DNA of 64,000 bases from Octopus sinensis (lineage: Eukaryota): NCBI RefSeq assembly GCF_006345805.1, contig NC_043010.1, forward strand, positions 13,206,001 through 13,270,000, in the 5' to 3' direction. Positions within the stretch are counted from its first letter, which is position 1. The number at the start of each line of letters is the position of its first letter. A program made the translations under genes and the position numbers. Below are positions 11,573 through 25,010 of this stretch, one piece after another. The notes beneath the pieces are model-generated. The model did not search any database, was not told the DNA's origin, and was given only the letters and a program-made list of their open reading frames with translations.

Positions 11573-13573
11573 TGATTGAAATTTGGTAGTCATAAAATAT
11601 ATGGAAACTCATCAGGGTGACCTTTGGCAAACTTGATCCATCACCCTGTTTGACACCATTCTTTGGCATCTGATGGTCTTTAACCAAAGTTCACACTGTT
11701 GCAAGCATCCAGGGTAGGTATTCTATCTGATGATAATGTCCTCCCTTCTAACCCTCTTCCCACCAGTCTCTAAGGGGTATTGTATATAACTTTTCCACCT
11801 CTGACTAAGTCCTGTAGATAAAAAGAAATTTTTTAAGACTAATTATTAAGTAATTATGCTTGAGATAAAAGGTTTGTTCTTTTGTTTTTCTAGAAAACAA
11901 GGTCTGACAGTTGACCTTGCGTGTAATTATTTCCTCTTCCCTCCACTGATGCTTATCCAAAGGAAAGGCTATAAAATTGAGCCCATTACAGCTTAGCACC
12001 AGTGACATAGCTGGAGTGATTGTCAGACTGTAAAAAAACAGAAAAGAAAGACACTGCGAAGTATCTTAACTAGTTTTCTACCAGTTCCACTAATCTACTC
12101 ACCGGAACCTAAACTGATAATTATTTTTTCAACCCTGACAGGATGAACAGCAAAACTGACCTTGATAGGATTTGAACTCACAGTACAGAGAGTTATAACA
12201 AATATGAGGCATTTCATCCAGCATTACCATTACATTGCCATTTTTTTGTTACACCAAAATCCTTCTCCTATATAAGGTATGATTTACTTACCAGTATCAA
12301 AATCTACATACTTTACTGGCATACAAGCATTGATTTTTTTTACCCTTTCAGCTGTAACTGCTACATTTGCTGTATACCAATGTCTCATCTAGGGCTTGGC
12401 GATTATGGCCTAAACACCCTTCTTAAATCAACCACTATATAGAATGTTTTGGATGGATTCTTTCTCATGGCAAAAGCACTACAGCAGTTGTTTTGGTCCT
12501 GGCAAGACTCGTAAAAACCTCTCTCAAATCCAACGTTGATGCAGCTCAATTCAATTTACCAACTACTTACAGTAGAATACTGGGTGCTTTTTGCATGGCA
12601 CCAACACTAGAGGGATCACCTTGTAACTTGCAAGGCAAAAGAGAGTCCCTTTGGCTAAAGCAGTAGAAGTTAATATTTGATGGAAGAAACAAGTTTATTG
12701 CTAGGAAACGATACTAACTGAGAAAGCAACAGAGGGAAAATTGTTGGGGGAAGGGATAATAATGAATAAGACAAGGGAAAGGAGAAGGGGTCACAGTTAT
12801 GGCCAATAGTTTGGAACATAGGTTTGCAAATTAGAATTTTATATTAAATACCCGAAGTTATATTAAACGCCAGCAATTTGGTCCAGAACTATATTTTTGA
12901 TTTTGCCTATTTTTTCTTCTAGATATTGAGCCATTGGATCAGTTATTAGGTAAGTATATCTCTATCCTGAATTGAATCGTACTTGGGCATAACAATTTTA
13001 ATTTTTTTTTAAATGTTCCAAACTTTTGGCTATCACTGTAATACGAAAGAGAGGAAGGACAAAGAAGTAAGCAAGCTGAGGTGGATTGAGTAGGGAGGAT
13101 CCAAAGCTCTCCAAAATATTTATGTATTATCATCATCCTACATCATGTTTCTATGCTTGCATGGGTAGAACAATTCCTTAGGATCTGAGACCGTTTTCAT
13201 TGCACTTGGACAGGCTTATTGTTAGGGGAGTTTGCAGAAGGTGGGAGAAAAATAGCAGTGTTAGACAAGGGAGTTATAGGGACAAAGGGAAAAAATAGTG
13301 TCAGAGGGTATACTGAGAAAGAGTTAGAGACTACAGATAAGAACAATGGGGTGGGTAAAGTACACGTAATGCTACCCATGTTAAACATGGATGGGTAAAG
13401 TGGTGTGTGAAGGAAAGACGATGAGGAGGAAAAGTCAGAGCATCCCTTTTTCTTGACATGTGTGTGTGTGTAATACCACAATTAAGGTCCTCAAAGACCG
13501 CATGTAGCCTTAAGGATCACAAATTCCAATATTATTGCAGAAATGCCCATGTAAGAATAAAATTAGTATTTAC

Positions 13574-13729
13574 AGGAGCAGCTCTCTGGAATTCCACTGG
13601 TGTAGTAGAAGCTATCCATTCATTTTGTGGTTCTAACACAAAGTAGAACTGACTGGAAGAATCTATCAACTGTGATTCTGTATTTCTTCTTTCATTTAAA
13701 TTTCTTGTTATGGCAGCTGAATTGCGGGT
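13574..13729 (-). CDS. Internal coding exon (156 bp, phase 0-0): TRNSAAITRNLNERRNTESQLIDSSSQFYFVLEPQNEWIASTTPVEFQRAAP
   Basis: Acceptor aatttttttttacag; donor CCT|gtaaat gives the same 156-bp length as the 6.4-kb exon; 30 residues identical to that exon. Confidence 0.85.
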
Positions 13730-14169
13730 CTGTAAAAAAAAATTATGAAATATGACAGTAATATAGTATAATATAATATAATATAATATAATATAATGTA
13801 ATATAATGTAATATAATATAATATAACATAATATATAAATATCTCATCACAGATTTATAGACATTTGTAGACTGGAAATATTTAAATATTTTTATAAATA
13901 GAACATAAAATATGATGAGTGGAATGTCGTTTCGTTTTGAAAAATGTGTGTGTGTGTGTGCGTGTATGTGTGTGTGCATGTGTATGTAGAAAGGTAGGTA
14001 TATAGATAGATAGATAAACAGACGGACAGAAAGATAGATATGAATATCTCTCTTGATCTGTGTGTGTGTGTTAGGAGGTATGATAGTATCTGATCTGCAA
14101 CATAAAAAAACCAATGGAAGCAGAGATCAACTAGCACCACACACACTCATATATATATATATATGTATG

Positions 14170-14202
<33 letters not shown>

Positions 14203-15399
14203 CAACAAGTCCTTGTTGATAATTTGTTGATTTATCAGACAGTAGTTGCTCACTTACTTACCTGAGTTAGGAGTTAGGTAACACATTACATAACCTAACT
14301 AATTGTATTATACTTGCGACAAAATGAAAACTCCTAATGAAACAGTTGTAGGAAAACCAGATAATTCATTTGTCTGTCTTTATTACATTTTTACGCCACT
14401 TGTAAGGTTCCATTCATCATTGAATACTTTCGGAATTGTGGATTGCCTATCAACAGTGATCTTCATTCATCAATACCTTCTGTGCTGAGATAATAATGAA
14501 TAACTCAGCTGTTTGCTTTGTGTGGTTCTGTCTGGCCAATTAGTGGCATGTTTCCCATTGTTATGCCTTGATGCTTTATGGATCTCTATATATATGCATA
14601 TATGTATAGACACAATGTGACTTATTAGAAAATCTAAGATAAATTTGAAGTAGTTAAACAGCAAATTTTAACCCTTTCATAATGGAAATTGAAACAGATG
14701 TAAATACAGCAATTTATTCACTTATGATAGAAAAACAAAGGAGATTGCCCTAACATGTTTCAGAGTTCATTGACCACACATTCAAGGATAAGTATCCCAT
14801 TCATTCCTCAGTCAATAAAGAGAACTTACTGCAAATAGCTATTTAAATCAAACACAAACTAGTAGTTAGCTGTTATGGTTAGATTAATTTATATACTAGG
14901 GGTCTGTCAGAATTGTGATTAACTAAATGATAATACTGTTTATGCAGTATGCAGTGTGTATAAGAAACAAACTAATGAGTGATCAATGCAGCGCATTTTC
15001 CCATATTTTGTGTCCAAAGTGAAAACAATATGTATTGAAATTCTAACAGCAAAAGGCTTAAGAATTGCAGTTTAACTTGTTTAAATTTACCCCAGTTTTC
15101 CTAATACACACAGCATTTTGCATAAATAATAATTATTTAATCACATTACAGACAAGCAAACAAAGATTAAGCTAATTAGTCTAGAAATTATAGATAAGTT
15201 CTAATTTGGTTTTTAACTGAAATAGCCTTTTTGCTATAATTTTCTTTAGAAAAAGAGGAATGTCTTCTGATCAGTGGTCAATGAACTCTGAGATAGTTAA
15301 GACATTTTGTTTTTACTTTTTTTATGTCAAATGGAAATAACAATACTGCTTCTATCACTAAAAATTAACCATATGCAACAGTATATGTAAGCAAACTTT

Positions 15400-15496
15400 T
15401 TGTCAGTATGATAAAATATATGTGCGTGTGTGTATATATATATGTATATATATATATTTATATATATATATAAACTCACTTTGATATAACTCACTT

Positions 15497-15570
<74 letters not shown>

Positions 15571-15583
15571 ATATATATGTATC

Positions 15584-15632
<49 letters not shown>
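15400..15632. repeat. (TA)n/(TATG)n microsatellite block
   Basis: Direct reading. Confidence 0.95.
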
Positions 15633-15637
<5 letters not shown>

Positions 15638-15736
15638 TTGTTCTTTCTTATGAGAAGAGCTCGGGTTGAACCGAAGACACAACATAAGAATTATGATACA
15701 GACACAAATTAGGCAATCAACTTTTAATATATACTC

Positions 15737-16367
15737 ATACAGTAATAAATTCGACTTAAAATGCCTATACATATATATATATATATATATATTGACATGT
15801 ATGAATATTTTAAAAAATATTTTTTTAAATATAAATACCTACATAAATATACATAAAAATAGGTGTAAATAAAACCCATGTGGGATATCGATGGAAAGAA
15901 GTGTGAAAAAAAAGAGAACTGATAAAATATTTTTTTTCAAAAAATTTTCTTTTGAATCAAAAATTGTCAAGAATGTGATTTTATGACGATACCTTTCCTG
16001 ATGAAAGGGACATTGTTCGCATGGTTTGTAAGATTTCCATCAATTTTTCTACAAGGATATAAACTCTGGAAATGGCTGTAGAAAGTGAACTTGCTCAAAT
16101 TGCATTACATACCTTATACATCATTTATATATTTTTTTAAAAACTCATTGAATTCTATGGATCTTTTAATTGAAACTCTAAACCACTCTTAAATTTAGTA
16201 CATAAAAAATTTTTATCAGTTCTCTTTTTTTCTCACACATCTTTCTATATATATATATATCCCACATGAGTTTTATTTGCATGTATTTTTATGTGTATAT
16301 ATATATATATATATATAATTATATTTTTAAAAATACTTTTAAAAATATTCATATATGTCGATATGTA

Positions 16368-16404
<37 letters not shown>

Positions 16405-16433
16405 GCATTTTAAGTCGAATTTATAATTGTATG
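15737..16433. mobile_element. Foldback/MITE-like element with about 200-bp terminal inverted repeats
   Basis: ATAAATTCGACTTAAAATGC...CCCATGTGGGATAT...GAGAACTGATAAAA (15737-15933) mirrored at 16205-16433; no clear TSD. Confidence 0.7.
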
Positions 16434-16501
16434 TGTGTGTGTGTGCATATATATATATAGAGAGAGAGAGTGTATCTCTGCATGTGTGTGTCTCTCTCTC
16501 C

Positions 16502-16556
<55 letters not shown>

Positions 16557-16559
<3 letters not shown>

Positions 16560-16745
16560 CTTTTACTTGCTTCAGTCATTTGACTGTGGCCATGCTGGAG
16601 CATCGCCTTTAGTCGAACAAATAGTACTTATTCTATCGGTCCCTTTTGCCAAGCCGCTAAGTCACAGGAATGTAAACACAACCAACATCAGTTGTCAAGC
16701 AATGGTAAGGGGACAAACACAGTCACACAAAAACATACATACATG
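16557..16745 (-). mobile_element. SINE family A, 3' half
   Basis: TTTTACTTGCTTCAGTCATTTGACTGTGGCCATGCTGGAGC...GGGGACAAACAC. Confidence 0.8.
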
Positions 16746-16764
16746 TGACAAGGCTGGCTCTTTG

Positions 16765-16918
16765 AAATTACAAGCACTACTTTTGCTTGCCAGCTGAGTG
16801 GAATGCAGCAACATGAAATAAAGGTTCTTGCTCAAGGGCACAATATACAGCTAGGGATTGAACTCATGACCGTATGATCATGAGCCAAATACCCTAACCA
16901 CTAAGCCATGCCCCTTCA
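16765..16918 (-). mobile_element. tRNA-derived SINE family E head
   Basis: Minus strand GGCATGGCTTAGTGGTTAGGG...GAGTTCAATCCC...CTTGAGCAAGAACC...CCACTCAGCTGGCAAG. Confidence 0.7.
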
Positions 16919-16924
16919 CATATA

Positions 16925-16949
16925 CACACATACATACATACATACAGGC

Positions 16950-16985
<36 letters not shown>

Positions 16986-17009
16986 GGACAGAAAGACAGA
17001 CAGACAGAC

Positions 17010-17085
<76 letters not shown>

Positions 17086-17115
17086 GATAGATAGATAGAT
17101 AGATAGATAGATAGG
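16925..17115. repeat. (CATA)n/(CAGA)n/(GATA)n compound microsatellite
   Basis: Direct reading. Confidence 0.95.
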
Positions 17116-17418
17116 GCATCTGAACAGAGAAAGATCTGTCTCAACAAATTCCATCTGACCAATGCAAGCATAGAAAAGTGGATGTTAGATGATTACAATG
17201 AAAATTATGATATATTTATATGTATGTATGTGTATATATATGTGGTATATATATATATATATATAATATATATATATTCATGTGTGTAATATATTATGTA
17301 TGTGTGTATGATATATATTTGTGTGTGTGGTGTATGTATGTATATGTGCATGTATGTATTTATATATGCATATATGTATCATAATATATTATATTTATAT
17401 ATAATATATTATATATAT

Positions 17419-17476
<58 letters not shown>

Positions 17477-17810
17477 TGCATGGATGTATATATATGTGTA
17501 TATCTATATCTATATTATATATATATATATATGTCTATATATATACATATATATAGACACACACATTAAATGATGATGATGATACCTTTTGTCTTTTACT
17601 TGTTTCAGTCATTGGACTGTGGCCATGCTGTAGCTCTATCTTGAAGAACTTCATTGAAAAAAATATCAACTCCAAAAGTACCAGGTTCATTTCTTTTAAG
17701 CTTGGTACTTTTTCTCTTTTTCTGCCGAGCTGCTAAGTTACAGGGATCTAACAAACCAATGCCAGTTGTCAGGCAGTAGTTGTAGACAAGCGCCAAGACA
17801 CACATATATA

Positions 17811-18022
17811 TTTCTTTACTACCCACAAGGGGCTAACATAGAGTGGACAAACAAGGACAGACACACGGATAAAGTCGATTAACTGGTACTTAATTTATCG
17901 ACCCCGAAAGGATGAAAGGCAAAGTCGACCTCAGCGGAATTTGAACTCAGAACGTAGCGGCAGACGAAATACCGCTAAGCATTTCGACTAACGTGCTAAC
18001 AATTCTGCCAGCTCACTGCCTT
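17811..18022 (-). mobile_element. SINE family B, near full length
   Basis: Reverse complement of GGCAGTGAGCTGGCAGAATTGTTAGCACG...GAGTTCAAATTCCGC...TTTGCCTTTCATCCTTTCGGGGTCGATAAATTAAGTACCAG...GCCCCTTGTGGGTAGTAAAGAAA. Confidence 0.85.
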
Positions 18023-18626
18023 TATACGATGCCAGCTCGCATCGTTGTGTAAGTACCATCAATAACTTGGGGTTGATATTATCAAATACTAACGTTGGAG
18101 TTCATCACAAAACTTCAAGTCTTGTGCCTATATAAAAAATCAATACCAAGTCTATTTTCTCTTTATTTTCTATGTACAGAGCTACACACAACAATGAAAT
18201 ATCTCTCCTCTGTTTCAACCAGTCGATTCTGTTCTATTCTGTTCTATTCTATTCTACTTACGAGCTATAATTACACTGTCACAGTTACCTCAGTGTAACA
18301 TCATACAGGTTTCTCTCTGTAGATGATATGGTCTGGGTTACACTGCACTTATTACACTGCAGTAGTTAGTTACTTACATTCAGATAATATTGGCCACAGT
18401 GTATTAGTCATAATGCTTTGGTTACGACACCAGCTTTTTCTAGCAGGAATACTTTCTACTATATATACATACATATATATATATATACAGCAGCCATTAA
18501 TATTACAGCAGCAATTACACAGCAGCAATTGCACAGCTGTACCAATAGAACAGTTACTATACAGTAGCAGATATACTTGATATATACTGTGTCAATGATG
18601 GTCACAAACAAGGCTTATATGTATAT

Positions 18627-19200
18627 ATATATATATATATTTCGTTTTTGGATTTGGTTTGCAAGATTCTTTATATGAGTTCGTGTGTTGAAGCATATTC
18701 TGTTATGTCTGGGGAGAGTCATTTTCTTTTTGTACGTTATAATTTAACACATTCACCTGTAAAATTCCACTTATTTCTTATTTTTATCTTCTAAAATTTT
18801 TGTTGCGTGTTGCAACTTTTTTTCAATAGTCTTGACTCTCTTTTACCAGTGAGTGTGTTAAATAATAACGCACAAAAAGAAAATGACTCTTCCCAGACAC
18901 AACAGAATATATATATATATTATATATTTCGTTTTTGGATTTGGTTTGCAAGATTCTTTATATGAGTTCGTGTGTTGAAGCATATTCTGTTATGTCTGGG
19001 GAGAGTCATTTTCTTTTTGTACGTTATAATTTAACACATTCACCTGTAAAATTTCCACTTATTTCTTATTTTTATCTTCTAAAATTTTTGTTGCGTGTTG
19101 CAACTTTTTTTCAATAGTCTTGACTCTCTTTTACCAGTGAGTGTGTTAAATAATAACGCACAAAAAGAAAATGACTCTTCCCAGACACAACAGAATATAT
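18627..19200. repeat. Head-to-tail dimer of an about 285-bp element, each unit with an internal inverted repeat of about 65 bp
   Basis: Units start TTCGTTTTTGGATTTGG at about 18641 and 18928 and are nearly identical; ATATTCTGTTATGTCTGGGGAGAGTC... pairs with ...GACTCTTCCCAGACACAACAGAATAT. Confidence 0.9.
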
Positions 19201-19219
19201 ATATATATATATATATATA

Positions 19220-19445
19220 CTCTCTTTTACTCTTTTACTTGTTTCAGTCATTTGACTGCGGCCATGCTGGAGCACCACCTTTAGTCGAGCAAATTGACCC
19301 CATGACTTATTCATTGTAAGCCCAGTACTTATTCTATCGGTCTCTTTTGCCAAACCACTAAGTGACGGGGACGTAAACACACCAGCATCGGTTGTCAAGC
19401 AATGCTAGGGGGACAAACACGGACATACAAACACACACATACACA
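19220..19445 (-). mobile_element. SINE family A, 3' half
   Basis: CTCTTTTACTTGTTTCAGTCATTTGACTGCGGCC... Confidence 0.85.
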
Positions 19446-19466
19446 TATATATATACAAACACACAC

Positions 19467-19549
<83 letters not shown>

Positions 19550-19799
19550 TAGATACAGATAGTAGGTACTGTAAATTTTGAGTGAATATTTGATAAGTGT
19601 AAGCACCTGTATATGCCAGATAATGGCAGAGGTGAGAGAGTATATATCGAATATAAATTAAAAACAGATATAAAGAGAGACAAGCAGACAGAGAAACAGA
19701 CAGAGAGGGAGAGAGACGCACACATACACACGTCTAATTATATATTTATATACTCTCTCTCACACACACACACGCACATGTATGTATGTGTGTGGGGGG

Positions 19800-19889
19800 C
19801 ACCTAGGGAAAGTGTCTTCTACTATAGCCTTGGGCTGACCAAAGCCTTGTAAGTGGATTTGGTAGACAGAATCTGAAAGAAGCCCATTG

Positions 19890-19953
<64 letters not shown>

Positions 19954-20167
19954 TGTATATGTATATATGTGTGTGTATGTGTGTGTGTGTATTTGTGTAC
20001 CCCCACGATCACTTGACAACTGATGTTGGTGTGTTTACATCCCTTTAACATAGTGGTTCAGCAAAAGAGATCGATAGAATAAGTACTAGGCTTACAAAGA
20101 ATAAGTCCTGGGGTCGATTTGTTCGACTAAAGGCGGTGCTCCAGCATAGCCACAGTCAAATGACTGA

Positions 20168-20172
<5 letters not shown>
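19800..20172 (+). mobile_element. SINE family A, 5'-truncated
   Basis: AAGTGTCTTCTACTATAGCC...(TA)n...GGCTTACAAAGAATAAGTCCTGGGGTCG...GACTGAAAC. Confidence 0.85.
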
Positions 20173-20237
<65 letters not shown>

Positions 20238-20547
20238 TGTATGTATGTATGTATGTATGTATGTATGTATGTATGTATTCAACTGTTTTTCAGAGCAGTG
20301 AAAGCTGGGAAGCTTAGTGCAGCAATGAAGGGAATACCCAGCTTTAACATGTTTATCCCAGAAAATAAACTACCACAGGTATTGAGTACTTTTTCTTGAT
20401 GCCTATATTCTAAATGTATGTAGATAAATACATACAACTACATATATAAATACATATATATATATATATATATATATACAGGTGCATATATAGGTGTGTG
20501 TGTGTATGTGTGCACATATATATATATATAGGTATGTATGTATATAT

Positions 20548-20589
<42 letters not shown>

Positions 20590-20778
20590 GTGAGTGAATA
20601 AAGAAATTGAGGTAGCGCTGAATACTGGATGGAGAGTTCATGTATTTAATAGCATTTTCACAGCTCCTCATTTTGTAATGCTTTTTGGTCCCTTCCATCT
20701 TATTGGTTGTTCAGAGAAAGATGTGAATGTGCCCAACACACCCACAATAGTGTGGGGCTGAGTAAAATTGCTGTCATA

Positions 20779-20829
<51 letters not shown>

Positions 20830-20833
<4 letters not shown>

Positions 20834-21187
20834 AAAATTAGGAAAAACCCACCTTTTATCAATTCAAAATGAACAATTAATTACACCATCTAGAAAATTA
20901 TATAATTAAAATTAAAATAACAATAAAATGTCAATGATTAAGTAAATTGCAAAAAAATAATAAAAACACATAATTGGTTAATCATTGATACTTTATTGTT
21001 ATTTTAATTTTAATATTTCTATTATATGTAATTTTCTAGATGGTGTAATTTAAGTGTTCGTTTTGAATTGATAAAAGGTGGATTTTTTTCTAATTTTTTC
21101 TATATATATTATATAGTGTGAAATTTGATTTAGTATTTCTAAATTGAAATTTTTCCCTGTAATTTTGGATTTATTTACCTCAAATAA
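20830..21187. mobile_element. Family H5 element with an inverted partial copy (20830-20941 vs 20979-21100)
   Basis: CACCTTTTATCAATTCAAAATGAACAATTAATTACACCATCTAGAAAA is the reverse complement of TTTTCTAGATGGTGTAATTTAAGTGTTCGTTTTGAATTGATAAAAGGTG. Confidence 0.85.
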
Positions 21188-21203
21188 TAATAATAATAAT
21201 TAT

Positions 21204-21242
<39 letters not shown>

Positions 21243-21789
21243 TATACATATATAGTACTTGAGTACTAAGGATTGTGTAAAATGCAATTCTTGTAAAGCC
21301 AAGTAAAACTTCACAAACAGTCAGTAAAGGCTGTATTAGCTTTAATGAAAGAGTATGTATAGAGAGAGAGAGAGAGAGAGTAAAAGAGGGGGGAGAAAGA
21401 CACAGAGACAAATAGGGGGAGAAACAGAGAGAGACACTGAAGAGACATAATGAACATACAGTTATGTGTGTGTGTGTGTTTTTTTAAATGCATATATATA
21501 TATACATACACACATATATATATATATAAACATATATATACATAAATGCATGTATATATATATACATATGTAATTATCTAAATATATGTATTTGTATGTG
21601 TATGTGTGTGTGTGTACATAAAAATTGAGGGGATAGTTATAATTCAGGCTATCATATTTTCAGTACTTTATGTAGGATCCTCACTTGCGTAGTGGTTGAT
21701 TAACTGAATAAACATTGGTTAAACTCCAACTGATTAGAGCCGTTCATAAATCAAAGGTATGATATATATATATTATACCTATCAGTCGC

Positions 21790-21988
21790 CATGATAGATC
21801 GTTAGCCACTACACACATTATTTTTCTTTCCTTGTTTCTCTCCTTGCTTTTTTCTGTCTCCCTTTCTGTAGAAGAGCGTAGGCTCAAAATGTAAAAGACT
21901 TTTTCTATTCCTGAGCGTTATACTAATACATCTGTTTGTTTTGTACACCACCTGTCTTCGTCTTTTGTTTTTTTCGTAAACTCTCCCT
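21790..21988 (+). mobile_element. Family H2 repeat
   Basis: CTTTCTGTAGAAGAGCGTAGGCTCAAAATGTAAAAG...CACCACCTGTCTTCGTC...CTCTCCC. Confidence 0.8.
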
Positions 21989-22659
21989 ATATATATATAT
22001 ATATATATATTAGATGTGTGCGTGTGCATGCATGTATATATATATCAGGAGAGAGGGAAGTGGAGTGAGACACAGAAGAGAACTAGACGGTCAAGTAGAG
22101 ACATAATGAACATACTAGCACCAAACACTTTTCAGTGCCCATGCCACACACCACACATACTACTATACGAGCAATCACACACACACTGTTTAACTCAGTA
22201 CACACACCATATGCCATCATGCACACTCCTACACCCACACAAGCACATACTACCTGAACAGAGACAATATATACACATACACACATGCAACATGTATAGA
22301 CTAAGATAACTTTTGCCCAAAACATGAAACTGTACACATGCACACTATTTTGTCACAGAGACACATGCACACACATACATATGTGCATACACCAGCTGAA
22401 CAAGCACACAACAGCTACTACAAACACACACACACACTCACACACACATTAGACTCACTCACCCCATTCACACATACACACTCATACACACTATTTTCAT
22501 ACACACACACAAACACTTGCACACCTTAGTTCGTTGATATCTCCATTACCTTTACCATTATTATTATTATCTCCCTTTTATTCAACCTCTTTTTTTCCAG
22601 TCATCTCATCATGCTGGACCATTGAATTCTACACTTTTTTTTCTCTCTGCATTTTTTCA

Positions 22660-22806
22660 TTCTCTCTCCATATTTTTCCTTTTAATCCTTTCTGTCAAAG
22701 AGCATAGGCTCGAAACATAAAACAGTTTTCTGTTTCCCAAGCATTAAACTAATACACCTGCTTGTTGCTCTTATGCCTGTCTTCATCTTTTGTTTTCTTT
22801 TAAACT
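22660..22806 (+). mobile_element. Family H2 repeat, diverged subfamily
   Basis: CTTTCTGTCAAAGAGCATAGGCTCGAAACATAAAAC. Confidence 0.65.
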
Positions 22807-23016
22807 ATGTATACATGCATACATATATATGTGTGTGTGTGTGTGTGTGTATATATACACACACACACACACACATATATATATGTACACATATATACAT
22901 ATATATATATGTATATATATGTATGTGTGTGTGTGTATATGTGTGTGTATATTAAAGGTCTCTCTAGTGAGTAGCCTCGCTAGTGAGTGGCTTCTCTAGC
23001 ATATGGAGGAGGAGAG

Positions 23017-23155
23017 GACCCTGTTACTCAATGTCAACGATGAGGATTGTCTCCCTTGGCTATCGATCATTGATGTCAACAACAGAGATTGTTGATATCA
23101 GCAATTGATAGCCAAGGAGAGACAATTCCCTTTGTTGACATTGAGTAACAGGGCC
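23017..23155. repeat. Imperfect palindrome, about 65-bp arms, 6-nt loop
   Basis: CCCTGTTACTCAATGTCAAC...CTTGGCTATC...TCAACAA cagaga TTGTTGA...GATAGCCAAG...GTTGACATTGAGTAACAGGG. Confidence 0.85.
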
Positions 23156-23324
23156 CTTTCTACCTCCATGAAGATAGGCCCTTTATGGATGTGAAGCCAG
23201 CCTTATCTAAAATATATACTGTTCTATAACTTAGAGTGGGCTTCTTTTTTCAGATTTATGTTTATGGACGATATATATGTATATGTGTATGTGTGTGTAT
23301 GTGTACATGTGTGTGTATATATAT

Positions 23325-23552
<228 letters not shown>

Positions 23553-23706
23553 ACAGAGAAAGAAAGAGAGAGGAAGCTAGAGAGATGAAATGAATTTTAT
23601 TACAATGAAAACGCCTCTGCAATTGTGCAAAGAATGAAAGTTTGGCAGGTGATATTGATACACCTATCCTGATACAAGTTTAATTAGATGGAACACCAAT
23701 AATTAC

Positions 23707-23853
23707 CTGTGGGAGACTTCTTGATGTTGTTGAAGCTATCCATTCATTTTGTGGCTCCAGAACAAAATAAAACTGACTGGCTGATTTCATCAAATGAGAA
23801 TCAGTATGTCTCTTTTGGTTACGATTCCGTGGTATGGCAGCATAGCTTTTGGT
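23707..23853 (-). CDS. Internal coding exon (147 bp, phase 0-0): TKSYAAIPRNRNQKRHTDSHLMKSASQFYFVLEPQNEWIASTTSRSLPQ
   Basis: Acceptor gtttctattttcag, donor CAG|gtaatt, open frame; shares SQFYFVLEPQNEW with both other exons and SQFYFVLEPQNEWIASTT with the 13.6-kb exon. Confidence 0.88.
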
Positions 23854-24775
23854 CTGAAAATAGAAACATCACAAAAATTAGTATACGTTCCAGATTTATA
23901 TAACTGCATTATGTTATTTACATATTATTCCTTTTCTATTTTTATATATCATTTATATATCATTCTTTTTCTATTTTTCATTTTTTTTTTTTCTTTGACA
24001 GAAGTGGATGTGCTGTGCCTATTACCCTTTTAAAGGCCTCTGAGATTTGTGGAAAGAAGGATGTTATCCAAAGACCAAATTCTTGACCTGGTTTCAATGC
24101 CTGCAACAGAGTGAACTTGGCTAAAGACACCCTAGTTCAATGCCACCATTTGAAACCAAAAAAAAGGGTCCCTCTATAGAGTTAGACTGATCAAAAACAG
24201 CAGCCAAGTCTTCCCTAAATCAAACAACCTCTCCATTTTCATATATAAACAAAAAAAGAATTTGGCGTAGTCCATGATACACAGTGCCTGGAAAAAATAT
24301 GGAACATCTTTGATTTTAGTGGTTTTAGATCAAAGTTAACAAAAGATTTCTTTTCATTAGACACAATGTTTATGCTGTAATAAACTCTTTTTCAAAGCTT
24401 TTGCAATAAAATGAGATTACATCAAACAAGAATCAAAACTGCATCATAGTCCTGCCTTGTCTGAGACTTAATTCTTGCTCTTTGCAACCTCCCATGTTTC
24501 AACATTAAATATTGTGTTCTCATTGAACTTAACTTGTGTCCTAAGCAACAACAGCATTTGATCTTTCTTTTCTTTGCACTTAAGCACAGAAAGGACAGGA
24601 AGCCCAATTTGGGATTTTTCATTCTTCATAGCAATTGAACACCTCAAACATCTTCAAGAAACTCTTTACTTTGTTTGTCTGATACCAGTGGAATCACAGC
24701 TGACAAGAAAGCTTCTACATAGTTGTTTGCCCTGGTAGAAATAACAGCCAAGTATTTCTTAAAACATAAACAACC

Positions 24776-24979
24776 ATTATTTACATTATTTACACTCGGG
24801 GATATTTGTCCTTATTTTGTTTGTTGTTTACACAACGTTTCAGCTGATATACCCTCCAGCCTTCTTCAGGTGTCTTGGGGAAATTTCGAACCCATGGGCA
24901 TATGGCATAGTGGTTAAGAGTGTGGGCTACTAACCCCAAGATTCCGAGTTCGATTCCAAGCAGTGACCTGAACAATAAC

Positions 24980-25010
<31 letters not shown>

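Noticed and set aside
11986-12027. Strong minus-strand acceptor followed by SDNHSSYVTGAKL* (possible alternative last exon)
   Set aside because: Only 13 codons with no independent support; acceptor-like tracts are frequent in this AT-rich DNA.
24420-24700. Protein-like minus-strand stretch (MKNEKSQIGLPVLSVLKCKEKKDQMLLLLRTQVKFNENTIFNVETWEVAK)
   Set aside because: Bounded by stops, with no clear splice sites and no motif I recognise; possibly a decayed TE, and needs blastx.
24896-24970. tRNA gene calls for A/B-box sequences (also 28700-28768 and the SINE A heads)
   Set aside because: No complete cloverleaf or acceptor stem, and no T-run terminator; they continue into SINE bodies.
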